Positions 50,306 through 60,520 of a stretch of 64,000 nt of DNA are shown piece by piece. Below the pieces are notes generated by a model, which saw nothing but the letters and a program-made list of their open reading frames with translations, searched no databases and was not told where the DNA came from. Positions within the stretch are counted from its first letter, which is position 1. The number at the start of each line of letters is the position of its first letter. The stretch covers positions 128,001 to 192,000 of the forward strand of contig CAVUWD010000002.1 in assembly GCA_963745025.1 (NCBI GenBank). Direction: 5' to 3'. Origin of the DNA: an uncultured delta proteobacterium. GTDB taxonomy: Bacteria; Desulfobacterota; Binatia; JACPRU01. A program made the translations under genes and the position numbers.

Positions 50306-50620
50306 TCACTTGCGTTTCAGTCCATCTCGCCAGGCAATAGCCTCGAGTTCGACGCGGATAGCGTCCTCGACGGCAATCACGGGTCGTGCCTGGAATTCGA
50401 AAGCAGGCAAGGTCGAACAAAATTTGTGAATGGCCAGCGGATCGTCGCAGTCTACCAACACATGCCCACCCCACTCGCCGACTCGCACTACGAACAACTC
50501 GATCTTGAAATTGGCGGGTGCCTTCCATTGACCGAACACCTCAAGTATCCGCTTCTGGGTATTCTCGTACTCCGCAGGCGAACCTTGCGGGCGTTCGAAC
50601 CAGCTGATCATGTACTTCAT
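50306..50620 (-). CDS. DUF3303-like protein
   Basis: MKYMISWFER..GS, F.QW..P, GGHVLVD.DD; AAGGAGG RBS. Confidence 0.65.
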   Translation of the reverse strand: MKYMISWFERPQGSPAEYENTQKRILEVFGQWKAPANFKIELFVVRVGEWGGHVLVDCDDPLAIHKFCSTLPAFEFQARPVIAVEDAIRVELEAIAWRDGLKRK

Positions 50621-50839
50621 CGGCCCCTCCTTCTTGATTGCGTTGATGTTATCGGAACGATCTCCGTTTGGATGGACTACTTCTATTCGACAGATCTGTA
50701 TAGCGGCCCGAGTCGGGTTGAGCGCCACTGTCCAAGCACCCCACTCGCGAGGATTCTCGCGCTCGACTCCCTTCGTCGCGAGACGTTGTTGAGACAGCTC
50801 CGTTCTCGTCCGGGGTGTCGAGCCGGGCTGGCCCACCCG

Positions 50840-50965
50840 TCACAAGTCCCCCGGGCTGAAGTCCCGTCTTCTTCGCTATCCGGTCGAGCATCCGCGGCCC
50901 AATCCTCGTCGTCGTGCTTCGAACGAGCCTCCCGTCTCCCGCTTGATTCGCCAGCCGATCTTGGC
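50840..50965 (-). pseudogene. HicA toxin remnant
   Basis: KIGWRIKRETGGS, HDDE and IGPRMLDRIAKKTGLQP spread over shifted frames. Confidence 0.6.
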
Positions 50966-51020
50966 CCGAGCCGGAGATTTCCGTTCTCCAAAGACGCGCT
51001 GAGGCACGTTCCCAGAAAGC

Positions 51021-51051
51021 GCTGAAGCCCGTGATTCACACGGGCTTCAGC
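51021..51051 (-). terminator. Hairpin downstream of tRNA
   Basis: GCTGAAGCCCGTG-attca-CACGGGCTTCAGC perfect 13-bp stem. Confidence 0.7.
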
Positions 51052-51056
51052 TTCAA

Positions 51057-51130
51057 TCGGGGCGACTGGATTTGAACCAGCGACCACCTACACCCCAAGC
51101 AGGTGCGCTACCAGGCTGCGCTACGCCCCG
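51057..51130 (-). tRNA. tRNA-Pro(GGG)
   Basis: CGGGGCGTAGCGCAGCCTGGTAGCGCA-CCTGC-TTGGGGT-GTAGG-TGGTCGCTGGTTCAAATCCAGTCGCCCCGA; CCA not encoded. Confidence 0.95.
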
Positions 51131-51247
51131 CGACTCCGGAACTCTATCCGAGGTCCCGTAGACCGTCAAACACGCGTCTCACCTACGGGACACTCACCTA
51201 CGGGACAGTTGAACTCGGCCAGCGCATTCGTCAGTGTCTCGTCTGCC

Positions 51248-52918
51248 GTGAATGATCTCTCCGCTGACCGGGGCCAGGCACGGGGATCGGCTCCGCTGCC
51301 GTCCGGCGGGCTCCTCGGCCTCTTCGTGGTCTCGGCGCTCGCGCTCTTCCTAGCGCTCTTCTACACGCGCCATTTGCCGCTCATCGACCGCGACGAAGGA
51401 CGCTACGCCGAAGGGGCGCGCGAGATGCTCGCCTCGGGCGATTGGCTTGTCCCGCGTCTGTTCGGCGTGCCCTATCTGGAGAAGCCGCCGCTCTTCTACT
51501 GGCTGACGGCGGCCTCCTACCGCGTGGCGGGTGTCAACGAGCTCGGCGCGCGCCTCGTCTCGGCGCTCGCCGCAGCCGCCGGGGTGCTCGCCACGGGTCT
51601 CTTTGCCCGGCGTCTGTTCGGCGTCCGCGCCGGGCTCTTCGCCGCGGCCATCCTTGCGAGCAGCGGGCTCTACTTCGTGCTCGCCCGCGTGGCGATCACG
51701 GACACGCTCTTCGGCGTGCTGATCGCCGGGGCGATCATGACGTTCTTCTTGGCCGAATCCGAAGGCCGAAGCTTCTTTCCGTTCTGGGTCTTGGCGGCGG
51801 CCGCGACGTTGACGAAGGGGCCGGTTGCACCGGTACTCTGTGCGCTGACCGCGGCTGCGCACCTGGCGATCGCCGATCGCTGGGCGATCCTCCGCGCGCC
51901 GCGATTCTGGCTCGGGTTGCCGCTCTTCCTGGCGCTCGTCGTGCCGTGGTTCGCGCTGGTCGAGCTCGCTCACCCGAGCTTCCTGCGCTTCTACATCTAC
52001 AAGGAGCACATGCTGCGGGTCACCGGGGACGAGCACCGCCAACCATTCTACTGGTACGTTCCCTGGCTCCTGCTCGGCTTTCTGCCGTGGACTCCGCTGC
52101 TCATTGCGACGCTACCGAGGATTCGGCGTCGTCTGCAAGAACGGTCCCGCGCGGGAGTGGCCGCGCGCTTCATCGGAGTATGGGCGGCGGTGATTTTCGC
52201 ATTCTTCAGCATCCCACGCGGCAAGCTCGCGCCCTACATCCTGCCGATGTTTCCGGCGCTCGCGATTCTCCTCGGCGATGCCCTGGATCGCTGGATCGAA
52301 GCCGACGACACTGGCCGCGCCGTGCCACGGGCGTTCGTCGGCATTGGAATCGCCCTGCTGCTCGCGGTCGGCGGACTGCCGATCGGCGCAGGTTACTCTC
52401 CGGTAGCGATCCCGCCCGGTCTGGTGTTGCTCGCCGTGACGGCGACGCTCGGCGCGGGCCTTACGACACTTTGCCTCGCGCGCTCGCGGAGCTGGAAGCC
52501 GATCGCCGCCGTCGCCTCTTCGGTTGCGGCCATCGAGTGTGTGGCGATCGTCGTCGCCGCTCCCGTCGCTCCGTACTTCACCGCGCTTCCGGTGATCGAA
52601 ACGCTGCGCAAGCAGCTTCGGCCCGACGATCCGGTGGCCCTCTACAGCGGGTATTTCCCGAATCTGCCGTTCTATTTGCAGCGCATCCCGTACTTCGTGG
52701 TTGGGAACCGCGAGCTGGATTTCGGCGTCTCGGTCGATGGCCCCGGGCCGTGGATCGTCGAGGACTTGGATGAGCTGAAAGAGCGGGTCGGGGACAGGCG
52801 GCTGTTCATCGTACTACGCACACGGGAGAGCGACTTGCGGCGACTTCTGAATCTCCCCGGTGAAGCGCGCTTGCTCCACCGCGGGCGAACGTCGTCGCTG
52901 ATCGAGTACCGGCCGTGA
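51248..52918 (+). CDS. ArnT-like glycosyltransferase (GT83/PMT family)
   Basis: DEGRYAE.AREM..SGDW, YLEKPPLFYW, TKGPV, K..PYILP. Confidence 0.88.
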   Translation: MNDLSADRGQARGSAPLPSGGLLGLFVVSALALFLALFYTRHLPLIDRDEGRYAEGAREMLASGDWLVPRLFGVPYLEKPPLFYWLTAASYRVAGVNELGARLVSALAAAAGVLATGLFARRLFGVRAGLFAAAILASSGLYFVLARVAITDTLFGVLIAGAIMTFFLAESEGRSFFPFWVLAAAATLTKGPVAPVLCALTAAAHLAIADRWAILRAPRFWLGLPLFLALVVPWFALVELAHPSFLRFYIYKEHMLRVTGDEHRQPFYWYVPWLLLGFLPWTPLLIATLPRIRRRLQERSRAGVAARFIGVWAAVIFAFFSIPRGKLAPYILPMFPALAILLGDALDRWIEADDTGRAVPRAFVGIGIALLLAVGGLPIGAGYSPVAIPPGLVLLAVTATLGAGLTTLCLARSRSWKPIAAVASSVAAIECVAIVVAAPVAPYFTALPVIETLRKQLRPDDPVALYSGYFPNLPFYLQRIPYFVVGNRELDFGVSVDGPGPWIVEDLDELKERVGDRRLFIVLRTRESDLRRLLNLPGEARLLHRGRTSSLIEYRP

Positions 52919-53985
52919 GCTCATCCCCGGAGGCGAGGCTGCGCCGCATATTGGTCAAGGCGCCGAACTGGCTCGGCGACTTGGTGATGAGCTTGCCCGC
53001 GCTCGGCGCGGTGCGCCGCGCCTTCCCGGGCGCGGAGTTGGCCGTATTGGTCAAGCAGGAGCTCGCGGGCCTCTTCGACGGCTTGCGGTGGCTGGATCGG
53101 GTCATTCCGTACCGGATTCGCTCCGGCTTCGAGGGCGTGGCGGATCGCTGGCGGGTGATTTCGACCATCCGAGCCGGCGGCTACGACCTGGCCGTGCTCT
53201 TTCCGAAGAGCTTCCAGTCGGCGCTTTGGGTGACGATCGCGGGCGTGCCGCGACGTGCCGGCTTCGCCGCGCAAGGGCGAGGGCCGCTGCTCACCCATGC
53301 CGCTCGGCCGGCGCGTGACCCCCGGGGCCGTCACCAGAAGAACGACTATCTCGAGATGGTGCGCGATGCGGTCGGTACCGAGGCGTCGGGCGAGGAGGTC
53401 ACGCTCGAGGTTGGCGAACCCCGACGAGCGACCATGCGCGAGTGGTTGGCGAATCGCCGGCGGCGCGCGCACGCGCCGTTGGTCGCACTCGCGCCCGCGG
53501 CAGCCTACGGCCCGGCAAAGGAGTGGCCGGCGGATCGCTATGCGCGGCTGATCGATCGCCTGGAGGAGACGACCGGCGCGGAATGCGTCCTGGTCGGGAC
53601 GACGAGCGAACGAGCCAGGTGTGCGGAGATTGTCGCGGCGAGCCGTGTCGGCGCGATCGTCGCGGCCGGGGAGACCGACGTCGGCGATCTGGTCGCGCTG
53701 CTCTCCCTCTGCCACGGATTCGTCGGCAACGACTCGGGAGCCATGCACGTGGCCGGCGCGCTCGGCCTACCGACCGTCGGCATCTTCGGGTCGACGCGGC
53801 CCGACCGGACCGGTCCTGTCGGACCGCGAACGCGCGTGCTCTACGAGCGCATCGAGTGCAGCCCGTGTCTGGCGCGCACCTGCCGCTTCGGCCACTACGA
53901 CTGCTTGAAGCGGATCTCGGTCGAGCGTGCGCTCGAAGCACTCGCGAGCCTCGGGGGCCGCCCTGGCGAGGCGCGGTTTCTCTAG
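52915..53985 (+). CDS. waaF: LPS heptosyltransferase II
   Basis: PNWLGDLVM, PAAAYGPAKEWP, NDSGAMH, CSPC..RTC. Confidence 0.88.
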   Translation: MSSSPEARLRRILVKAPNWLGDLVMSLPALGAVRRAFPGAELAVLVKQELAGLFDGLRWLDRVIPYRIRSGFEGVADRWRVISTIRAGGYDLAVLFPKSFQSALWVTIAGVPRRAGFAAQGRGPLLTHAARPARDPRGRHQKNDYLEMVRDAVGTEASGEEVTLEVGEPRRATMREWLANRRRRAHAPLVALAPAAAYGPAKEWPADRYARLIDRLEETTGAECVLVGTTSERARCAEIVAASRVGAIVAAGETDVGDLVALLSLCHGFVGNDSGAMHVAGALGLPTVGIFGSTRPDRTGPVGPRTRVLYERIECSPCLARTCRFGHYDCLKRISVERALEALASLGGRPGEARFL

Positions 53986-54042
53986 GCGCCGTGCTGGTGT
54001 ACGATCACGCGATTTTCAGGCAAACCGCTAAGAGGAGGAGGG

Positions 54043-54654
54043 ATGCCCGGGCAGAAGGCGACCAACATCACGTGGCACGAGGGCGACGTCACCCGTGAGG
54101 AGCGAGAGGCGAACCTCGGACAGAAGGGGGCTACGCTCTGGATGACGGGGCTCTCGGCGAGCGGCAAGTCGACGATCGCGGTCGCGCTCGAGAAGGTGCT
54201 GCTCGCGCGCGGCAAGCACGCCTACCGGCTCGACGGGGACAACATCCGCTTCGGGTTGAACCGCAATCTAGGGTTCTCCGCCGAAGACCGCGCCGAAAAC
54301 ATCCGCCGAATCGGCGAGGTGGCGAAGCTCTTCAGCGACGCCGGCATCATCACCCTCACGAGCTTTATCAGTCCGTATCGTCGCGATCGCGACCTCGTCC
54401 GCAAGCTGCACGAGGACGTGAAGCTCCCGTTCCTCGAGGTCTACGTCGACTGCGCGATCGACGAAGCCGAGAAGCGCGATCCGAAGGGTCTCTACAAGAA
54501 GGCGCGGGCGGGGGAGCTGAAAGGGTTCACGGGCGTCGACGACCCGTACGAGGCGCCCGAGCGGCCGGAACTCGTGCTGCGCAGCGATCGGCTGAGCGTC
54601 GCCGAGTCGGTGGCGGAGCTGCTCGGAATGCTCGAGCGACTCCGGCTCATCTGA
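54043..54654 (+). CDS. cysC: Adenylyl-sulfate kinase
   Basis: [41 protein letters not shown]. Confidence 0.95.
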   Translation: MPGQKATNITWHEGDVTREEREANLGQKGATLWMTGLSASGKSTIAVALEKVLLARGKHAYRLDGDNIRFGLNRNLGFSAEDRAENIRRIGEVAKLFSDAGIITLTSFISPYRRDRDLVRKLHEDVKLPFLEVYVDCAIDEAEKRDPKGLYKKARAGELKGFTGVDDPYEAPERPELVLRSDRLSVAESVAELLGMLERLRLI

Positions 54655-54661
54655 GGCCCCC

Positions 54662-55168
54662 ATGAATGAACGAACCCTGCGATTCACCGAAGAGTGGTTC
54701 CGGCTTCTCGCCGAGGCGGCTCGTGGCACGCGCGCGGCGCAGGCGACGATCCGCAGCCTCGCGAGCCTCACCCCGGACAAGCTCGCGCGCGGGATCGTGC
54801 GCTGGCTGCCGGCGGGCGTCACTCCTCCAGCGCCCGAATCGCTCGTCAAGTGGACGGAGGATCTCTGGTCGAGGATCGGCGTCGTGCCCCGCTCCCGCTA
54901 TCTCGAGCTGCTCGAGCGCTACGAGGCGCTGCGCTCGCGTCTCGAGGAAGCCGAGGTGACGATCCAGCGGCTGAAGCGCTTGCTCTCCGAGAAGGGGCGC
55001 GAGGGTGACGCACAGAAGCTCCTCGATCTGTGGTCGAACACCGTCGGCGAGACGCTGCGATCACAAGCCGAGTGGATGCGGACCTTGATTGGCGGCTCTG
55101 GCGAGACTGCAGTGCGGTCGCGGCCGGTCAAGACGGGCGGCACGACGACGCGAAAGCGCAAGAGCTAG
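54662..55168 (+). CDS. Hypothetical coiled-coil protein
   Basis: GVVPRSRYLELLERYE.L...LEE heptad pattern. Confidence 0.6.
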   Translation: MNERTLRFTEEWFRLLAEAARGTRAAQATIRSLASLTPDKLARGIVRWLPAGVTPPAPESLVKWTEDLWSRIGVVPRSRYLELLERYEALRSRLEEAEVTIQRLKRLLSEKGREGDAQKLLDLWSNTVGETLRSQAEWMRTLIGGSGETAVRSRPVKTGGTTTRKRKS

Positions 55169-55204
55169 CTATCCTAGCGAAGGTGCGGCTGACCGCCGAA
55201 GCCG

Positions 55205-55402
55205 TCACCCGGACAGGACGACTCTTCCCGAAGCGAGCCGGGTGACCTCGTCGCCCGGCGCGACGGTGAGGTCCGTGTCCGACCACGGAGGCAAGTTGCC
55301 CGGCAGGTGGAGCAGCTGCCACCCGGCGATCGGGCTCCCGGGTTCCCGCGACAGACGCTCGGCGAGAGACCGATACCGTTCGGCGAAGGTCATGGCCGTC
55401 AT
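55205..55402 (-). pseudogene. N-terminal fragment of a DUF3047 paralogue
   Basis: LPGNLPPWSDTDLTVAPGDEVTRLASGRVVLS aligns with LPADRPPWYDTGIDLAEGEFVTWLAGGRVYLS of 33606-34781. Confidence 0.7.
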
Positions 55403-56562
55403 GACTGCCTCATCGCGCGGATCAGGATGTCGGCGACCTCGGGGCGCGAGAACTCCATCGGCGGGCGCTCGCCACGCGACAGCATCTCGCGCACCTTCGT
55501 GCCCGAGAGCGCGATGTGGTGCTCCCTGGGATGCGGGCAGGTCTTCGTCGAGGCCATGCCCTCGCAGCGCTCGCACCAGAAGGTATGCTCGTAGAAGAGC
55601 GGCGCGATGCCGATCTCCTCGGCGGAAAAGCCGTCGAAGATGCGGTGCGCGTCGTATGTGCCGTAGTAATTGCCGACCCCGGCATGGTCGCGGCCGACGA
55701 TGAAGTGCGTGCAGCCGTAATTCTTGCGCATCAGCGCGTGGAAGACGGCTTCGCGGGGGCCTGCATAGCGCATGTTCGCCGGCAACACGGAGAGCACGAC
55801 CCGGTCCGTCGGATAATAGTCCTTGATGAGCGCCTTGTAGCACTCCATGCGCACGGCAGCCGGAATGTCGTCGCCCTTGGTCTCGCCGACGAGCGGGTGG
55901 ATGAGGAGCCCGTCGCAGCTCTCGAGCGCGCACTTCTGCAGGTACTCGTGCGCGCGGTGGATCGGATTGCGCGTCTGGAAGGCGACGATGCGCTTCCAGC
56001 CCTTTTCCGCGAACCGCGCTCGGGTCTCGCCCGGGTCGAGGCGATGCTCCTGAAACTCGATCTCGCTGGGTCGATCGAGCGCCGTGACTTTGCCGCCGAG
56101 ATACACGTCCCCCATCTCGTAGATGGCTTTGACGCCCGGATGGGCCTCCTCGGTCGTGCGGTAGACCTCGCTCGCCTCGCGCTGCTTGTCGGGTCGATAG
56201 GTCTCGGCGAGATGCAGAATCGCGAGCGGCCTCCCTCCTTCTTCGACCAGAGCCACGTCGTCGCCGGGTCGGTAACCCTTCGCTTCGTTTGCGGTCACCG
56301 CGAGCGTCACCGGGATCGTCCAAGGCAGCCCACTCGTCAGGCGCATGCGCGTCACCACGGCATCGTAGTCGTCCTGGCCCATGAACCCCTCGAGCGGGCT
56401 GAACGCGCCGATCGCGATCATCTCGAGGTCGGAGATTTCGCGGCGGGTGAGCGTGATTCGCGGGAGCTTACCGACACGAGCAAGCCAGCGCGCTCGCTCG
56501 TCGCCGCCGACGAAGCGCTGAACGAGCGTTCCGCCGTGAGGCGCGATGGTTTCCGTCGTCAT
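55399..56562 (-). CDS. sat: Sulfate adenylyltransferase
   Basis: PHGG.LV, GAFSPLEGFM, FQTRNPIHRAHE, MRYAGPREA, HFIVGRDHAG. Confidence 0.95.
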   Translation of the reverse strand: MTTETIAPHGGTLVQRFVGGDERARWLARVGKLPRITLTRREISDLEMIAIGAFSPLEGFMGQDDYDAVVTRMRLTSGLPWTIPVTLAVTANEAKGYRPGDDVALVEEGGRPLAILHLAETYRPDKQREASEVYRTTEEAHPGVKAIYEMGDVYLGGKVTALDRPSEIEFQEHRLDPGETRARFAEKGWKRIVAFQTRNPIHRAHEYLQKCALESCDGLLIHPLVGETKGDDIPAAVRMECYKALIKDYYPTDRVVLSVLPANMRYAGPREAVFHALMRKNYGCTHFIVGRDHAGVGNYYGTYDAHRIFDGFSAEEIGIAPLFYEHTFWCERCEGMASTKTCPHPREHHIALSGTKVREMLSRGERPPMEFSRPEVADILIRAMRQS

Positions 56563-56587
56563 CTTCAGTTCTCCTCGTAGAGGGATT

Positions 56588-57187
56588 TCAGTGGCAGCGC
56601 GAACAATCGGGGCGAGCGGGGAAGGGCGACGACCGGCACGCGGCTCGTGCGACGTCGATCTCGACGAGGCTCGCGCGGTCGTTGGAGGAGAGCTCGAGGA
56701 GCGCCCGCAGCGCTTCGAGCGCGAGAACGGTGCCGAGGATCTGTGGCGAAGCCTCTCCTGCCGATTGGCGGCCGGCGAGCTCCCGGAGGCAGGGAACGCA
56801 AGCATGCCCGGCCGGTAGATACGCTCGCCGCACCCGGTCGCCGCTCGCGGCACCCCAGATCACCGCGCAGGCGCTCGGAAGCGCCTCTGGCACAGTACGG
56901 CCGATCACGATCGTCACCGACGGCCGCCGCGGCTCGCGCACGAGGCGGCAATCCGGATTGCGCGCCGTGAGGTCGAGCGCGTTACCGAGACCGTCGCGTG
57001 GCTCGATGCCGACGCCGCTCAGCGTGCCGACGCCCGCTCCGGCCAGGTAGCTCGCGCAGACGAGCGCTGCGTCGCCGCCGCCGTGGATCGCCACCTCGGC
57101 GCGGAGCAGGCGCTCTTGGCCTTGGCCGCCGATCTCGGAGAGCACGATCTGGCGGGAGTAACGGTCGATCTGGGCGTCGGTGAGCAT
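56588..57187 (-). CDS. Degenerate ThiF/MoeB-like protein
   Basis: QIDRYSRQIVL.EIG..GQERL, YLAGAGVG, CVPC and DCSRC; P-loop degenerate. Confidence 0.65.
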   Translation of the reverse strand: MLTDAQIDRYSRQIVLSEIGGQGQERLLRAEVAIHGGGDAALVCASYLAGAGVGTLSGVGIEPRDGLGNALDLTARNPDCRLVREPRRPSVTIVIGRTVPEALPSACAVIWGAASGDRVRRAYLPAGHACVPCLRELAGRQSAGEASPQILGTVLALEALRALLELSSNDRASLVEIDVARAACRSSPFPARPDCSRCH

Positions 57188-57192
57188 TATCG

Positions 57193-57276
57193 CTACCGGC
57201 TACCGGCTGTGGGATTCTCACGCACCGGGTGAAACGGAGCGAGGAAGATGCCGAAGTCGAGGCGGTCGATGGACAT
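57193..57276 (-). pseudogene. Luciferase-like monooxygenase N-terminal remnant
   Basis: MSIDRLDFGIFLAPFHPVRENPT, GGAG RBS, stop after 27 codons. Confidence 0.6.
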
Positions 57277-57627
57277 CAGTGGGTCTCCACAGGTGATTCG
57301 GACTTTTATGGCTGGCCGTGCGGCGGCATGCAATGCGGGAGTTGCGGGCTGTGGGCGGGGGCTTGCGGTTCCCGGAGGATCCCCCCTCGAACGCCTCGAC
57401 GGAGGGAGAGCGCGGTCGGTGGTGATCGGCCCGTACTCGGGTCGATCACCGCCGACCGCAACCGCGAAGCGCGGAACGCAATCAGCAGCGACCTGGTCTA
57501 TTGTCTTCCGCGCTTGCGCGCGGTGGCTGGAGCTTCCGGTCACCCCGCATAGACCGAGCGGGCCGACCGGAAACTCCAGCGCTGCGGAATCTCCGGCATT
57601 CGGCTTTGCGGTAGCCGGTAGCCACCG

Positions 57628-57906
57628 CTACTCGATCACGTTCTTCGCGATCGGCTCGACGCGGACGCCGAGCTCGGAGAGCCAGCGCAGCGCCGCGCTC
57701 ACCTCGCTCTCCTCGCCATCGACCTCGAGCGCGACGAGGCCGACCTCGGCGGAGATGTTCGCGCCGCGGATGTTGGTGACGACCCGGAACTTCTGGCCGA
57801 GCTGATGGATGATCGGCTCCTTCAGGAGCTTCGGCGGATACGTGAGGTAGACCTTCTCTCGCACGCTGCGGCTGGCGGAGCTCGGTTTGGAACGGACGGC
57901 CTTCAC
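57628..57906 (-). CDS. NIL domain protein
   Basis: LTYP..L.KEPII, TNIRGA, G.VALE.DG, GVRVEP...NVIE. Confidence 0.82.
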   Translation of the reverse strand: MKAVRSKPSSASRSVREKVYLTYPPKLLKEPIIHQLGQKFRVVTNIRGANISAEVGLVALEVDGEESEVSAALRWLSELGVRVEPIAKNVIE

Positions 57907-58900
57907 GCCCTGGGCTCCGCTGAACCGAGCTTCTGCCAGCCGATCCAGAGATTGGTCGAGAGATAGCGGTCACCGAAGTCCGGGAACAGGACGACGATCA
58001 CGCCCTCCCGAAGCTCGCGGGCGACCTTCAGCGCGGCGAGCATGGCGGCTCCCGAGGACTGCCCGACGAACGAGACCTTCCTCGCGACCGAGGCGGTAGA
58101 CCATGTCGTACGCGTCCTCGGTGGACGCCGCGATCTTCCGATCGAGCTCTTGCTCGTGGTAGATGCCCGGCACGATCGAGCTCGCCATGTGCTTCAGTCC
58201 CTCGAGCCCGTGAAATGCGTCGTCGGGCTCGACGCGCGATCACTGCACGTCGCGCCGCTTGCGACTTCAGGAACCGTCCGGTCCCCATGATCGTGCCGCT
58301 GGTGCCGATGCCGGCGACGAAGTGCGTGACGCGGCCTTCGGTCTGCTGCCAGATCTCCGGGCCGGTCGTCTCGAAGTGGGCGAGCGAGTTCGCCTCGTTG
58401 TTGTACTGATCGGGCTTGAAGTACCGATCGCGGCCGGGCTCGTCAGGATCTTGCGGCAGAGCCGGATCGCGCCGTCGCGAGCCTTCGAGCGGCTCGCTGA
58501 AGATGATCTTGGCGCCGAAGGCGGCAATGATCTTCTTGCGCTCGATGCTCACGTTGCTCGGGCATCACCAGCTCGACGGGATAGCCGAGCGCCGCGCCGA
58601 TCATGGCGAGCGCGATGCCGGTGTTGCCGGACGTCGAGTCGAGGATCGTCTTGCCGGGCACGGAGCGCGCCGCTCGTCGAGGCCCTCCTGCGACCATCTG
58701 CAGCGCCGGCGCGATCCTTGACCGAGCCGCCCGGATTGAAGCCCTCGAGCTTGGCGAAGAGGCGGACGCCCGCGGGAGATCGCCGTCGCGCACGCTGCGG
58801 ATCTCGACCAGCGGCGTGTTGCCGATCGAGGTCGAGGACCGAAGGCGCCTCGGGCGGCGCTCGCCGAGTCGCTCGGCGGCGATCGGCGGTCGCGGCGGCG
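57903..58900 (-). CDS. PLP-dependent cysteine synthase (CysM/CysK-like), frameshifted; start approximate
   Basis: [49 protein letters not shown] in alternating frames. Confidence 0.85.
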
Positions 58901-58918
58901 CGATCGGCTGCCGGCGCG

Positions 58919-59199
58919 TCAGCGGCCGCCGGCGATCGCCGGCACGATCGACAGCTCGTCGCCGTCCTTGACCGGCGTGTCGAGGTTGCTGGAGGAAGCG
59001 GATGTCGTCGCCGTTCACGAAGATGTTGACGAAGCGCCGCACCTGGCCGTCGCTCGTCGCAGATGCGCTCCTTGATGCCCGGATAGCGGCTGCTCGAGGT
59101 CGTCGACGATCGCGGCCGACGCGTCGCGCCCTCGGCGTCGACCTCCTCGGCGCCCCCGGTGAACTTGCGGAGCGGGGTGGGAATTCGAACCTGGACCAT
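58919..59199 (-). CDS. Ubiquitin-like sulfur carrier (MoaD/CysO/ThiS family), frameshifted
   Basis: MVQVRIPTPLR, YPGIKERICD, RRFVNIFVNG.DIRF, IVPAIAGGR*. Confidence 0.85.
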
Positions 59200-59227
59200 G
59201 ACGCTCGAGTCCTCCTTGGAGTCGTTG

Positions 59228-60516
<1,289 letters not shown>

Positions 60517-60520
<4 letters not shown>

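Larger units (their letters stand above)
46101..50620 (-). mobile_element. Integron cassette array lacking integrase (CALIN)
   Basis: Co-oriented attC-like sites at 46718-46777, 48803-48942 and 50200-50270, plus partial sites, separate small single-gene and TA cassettes; no intI in window. Confidence 0.8.

Noticed and set aside
51057-51080. tRNA 3'-end duplication (attL/attR) defining a classical integrative island
   Set aside because: No second copy of the tRNA 3' end and no integrase found by eye in the window
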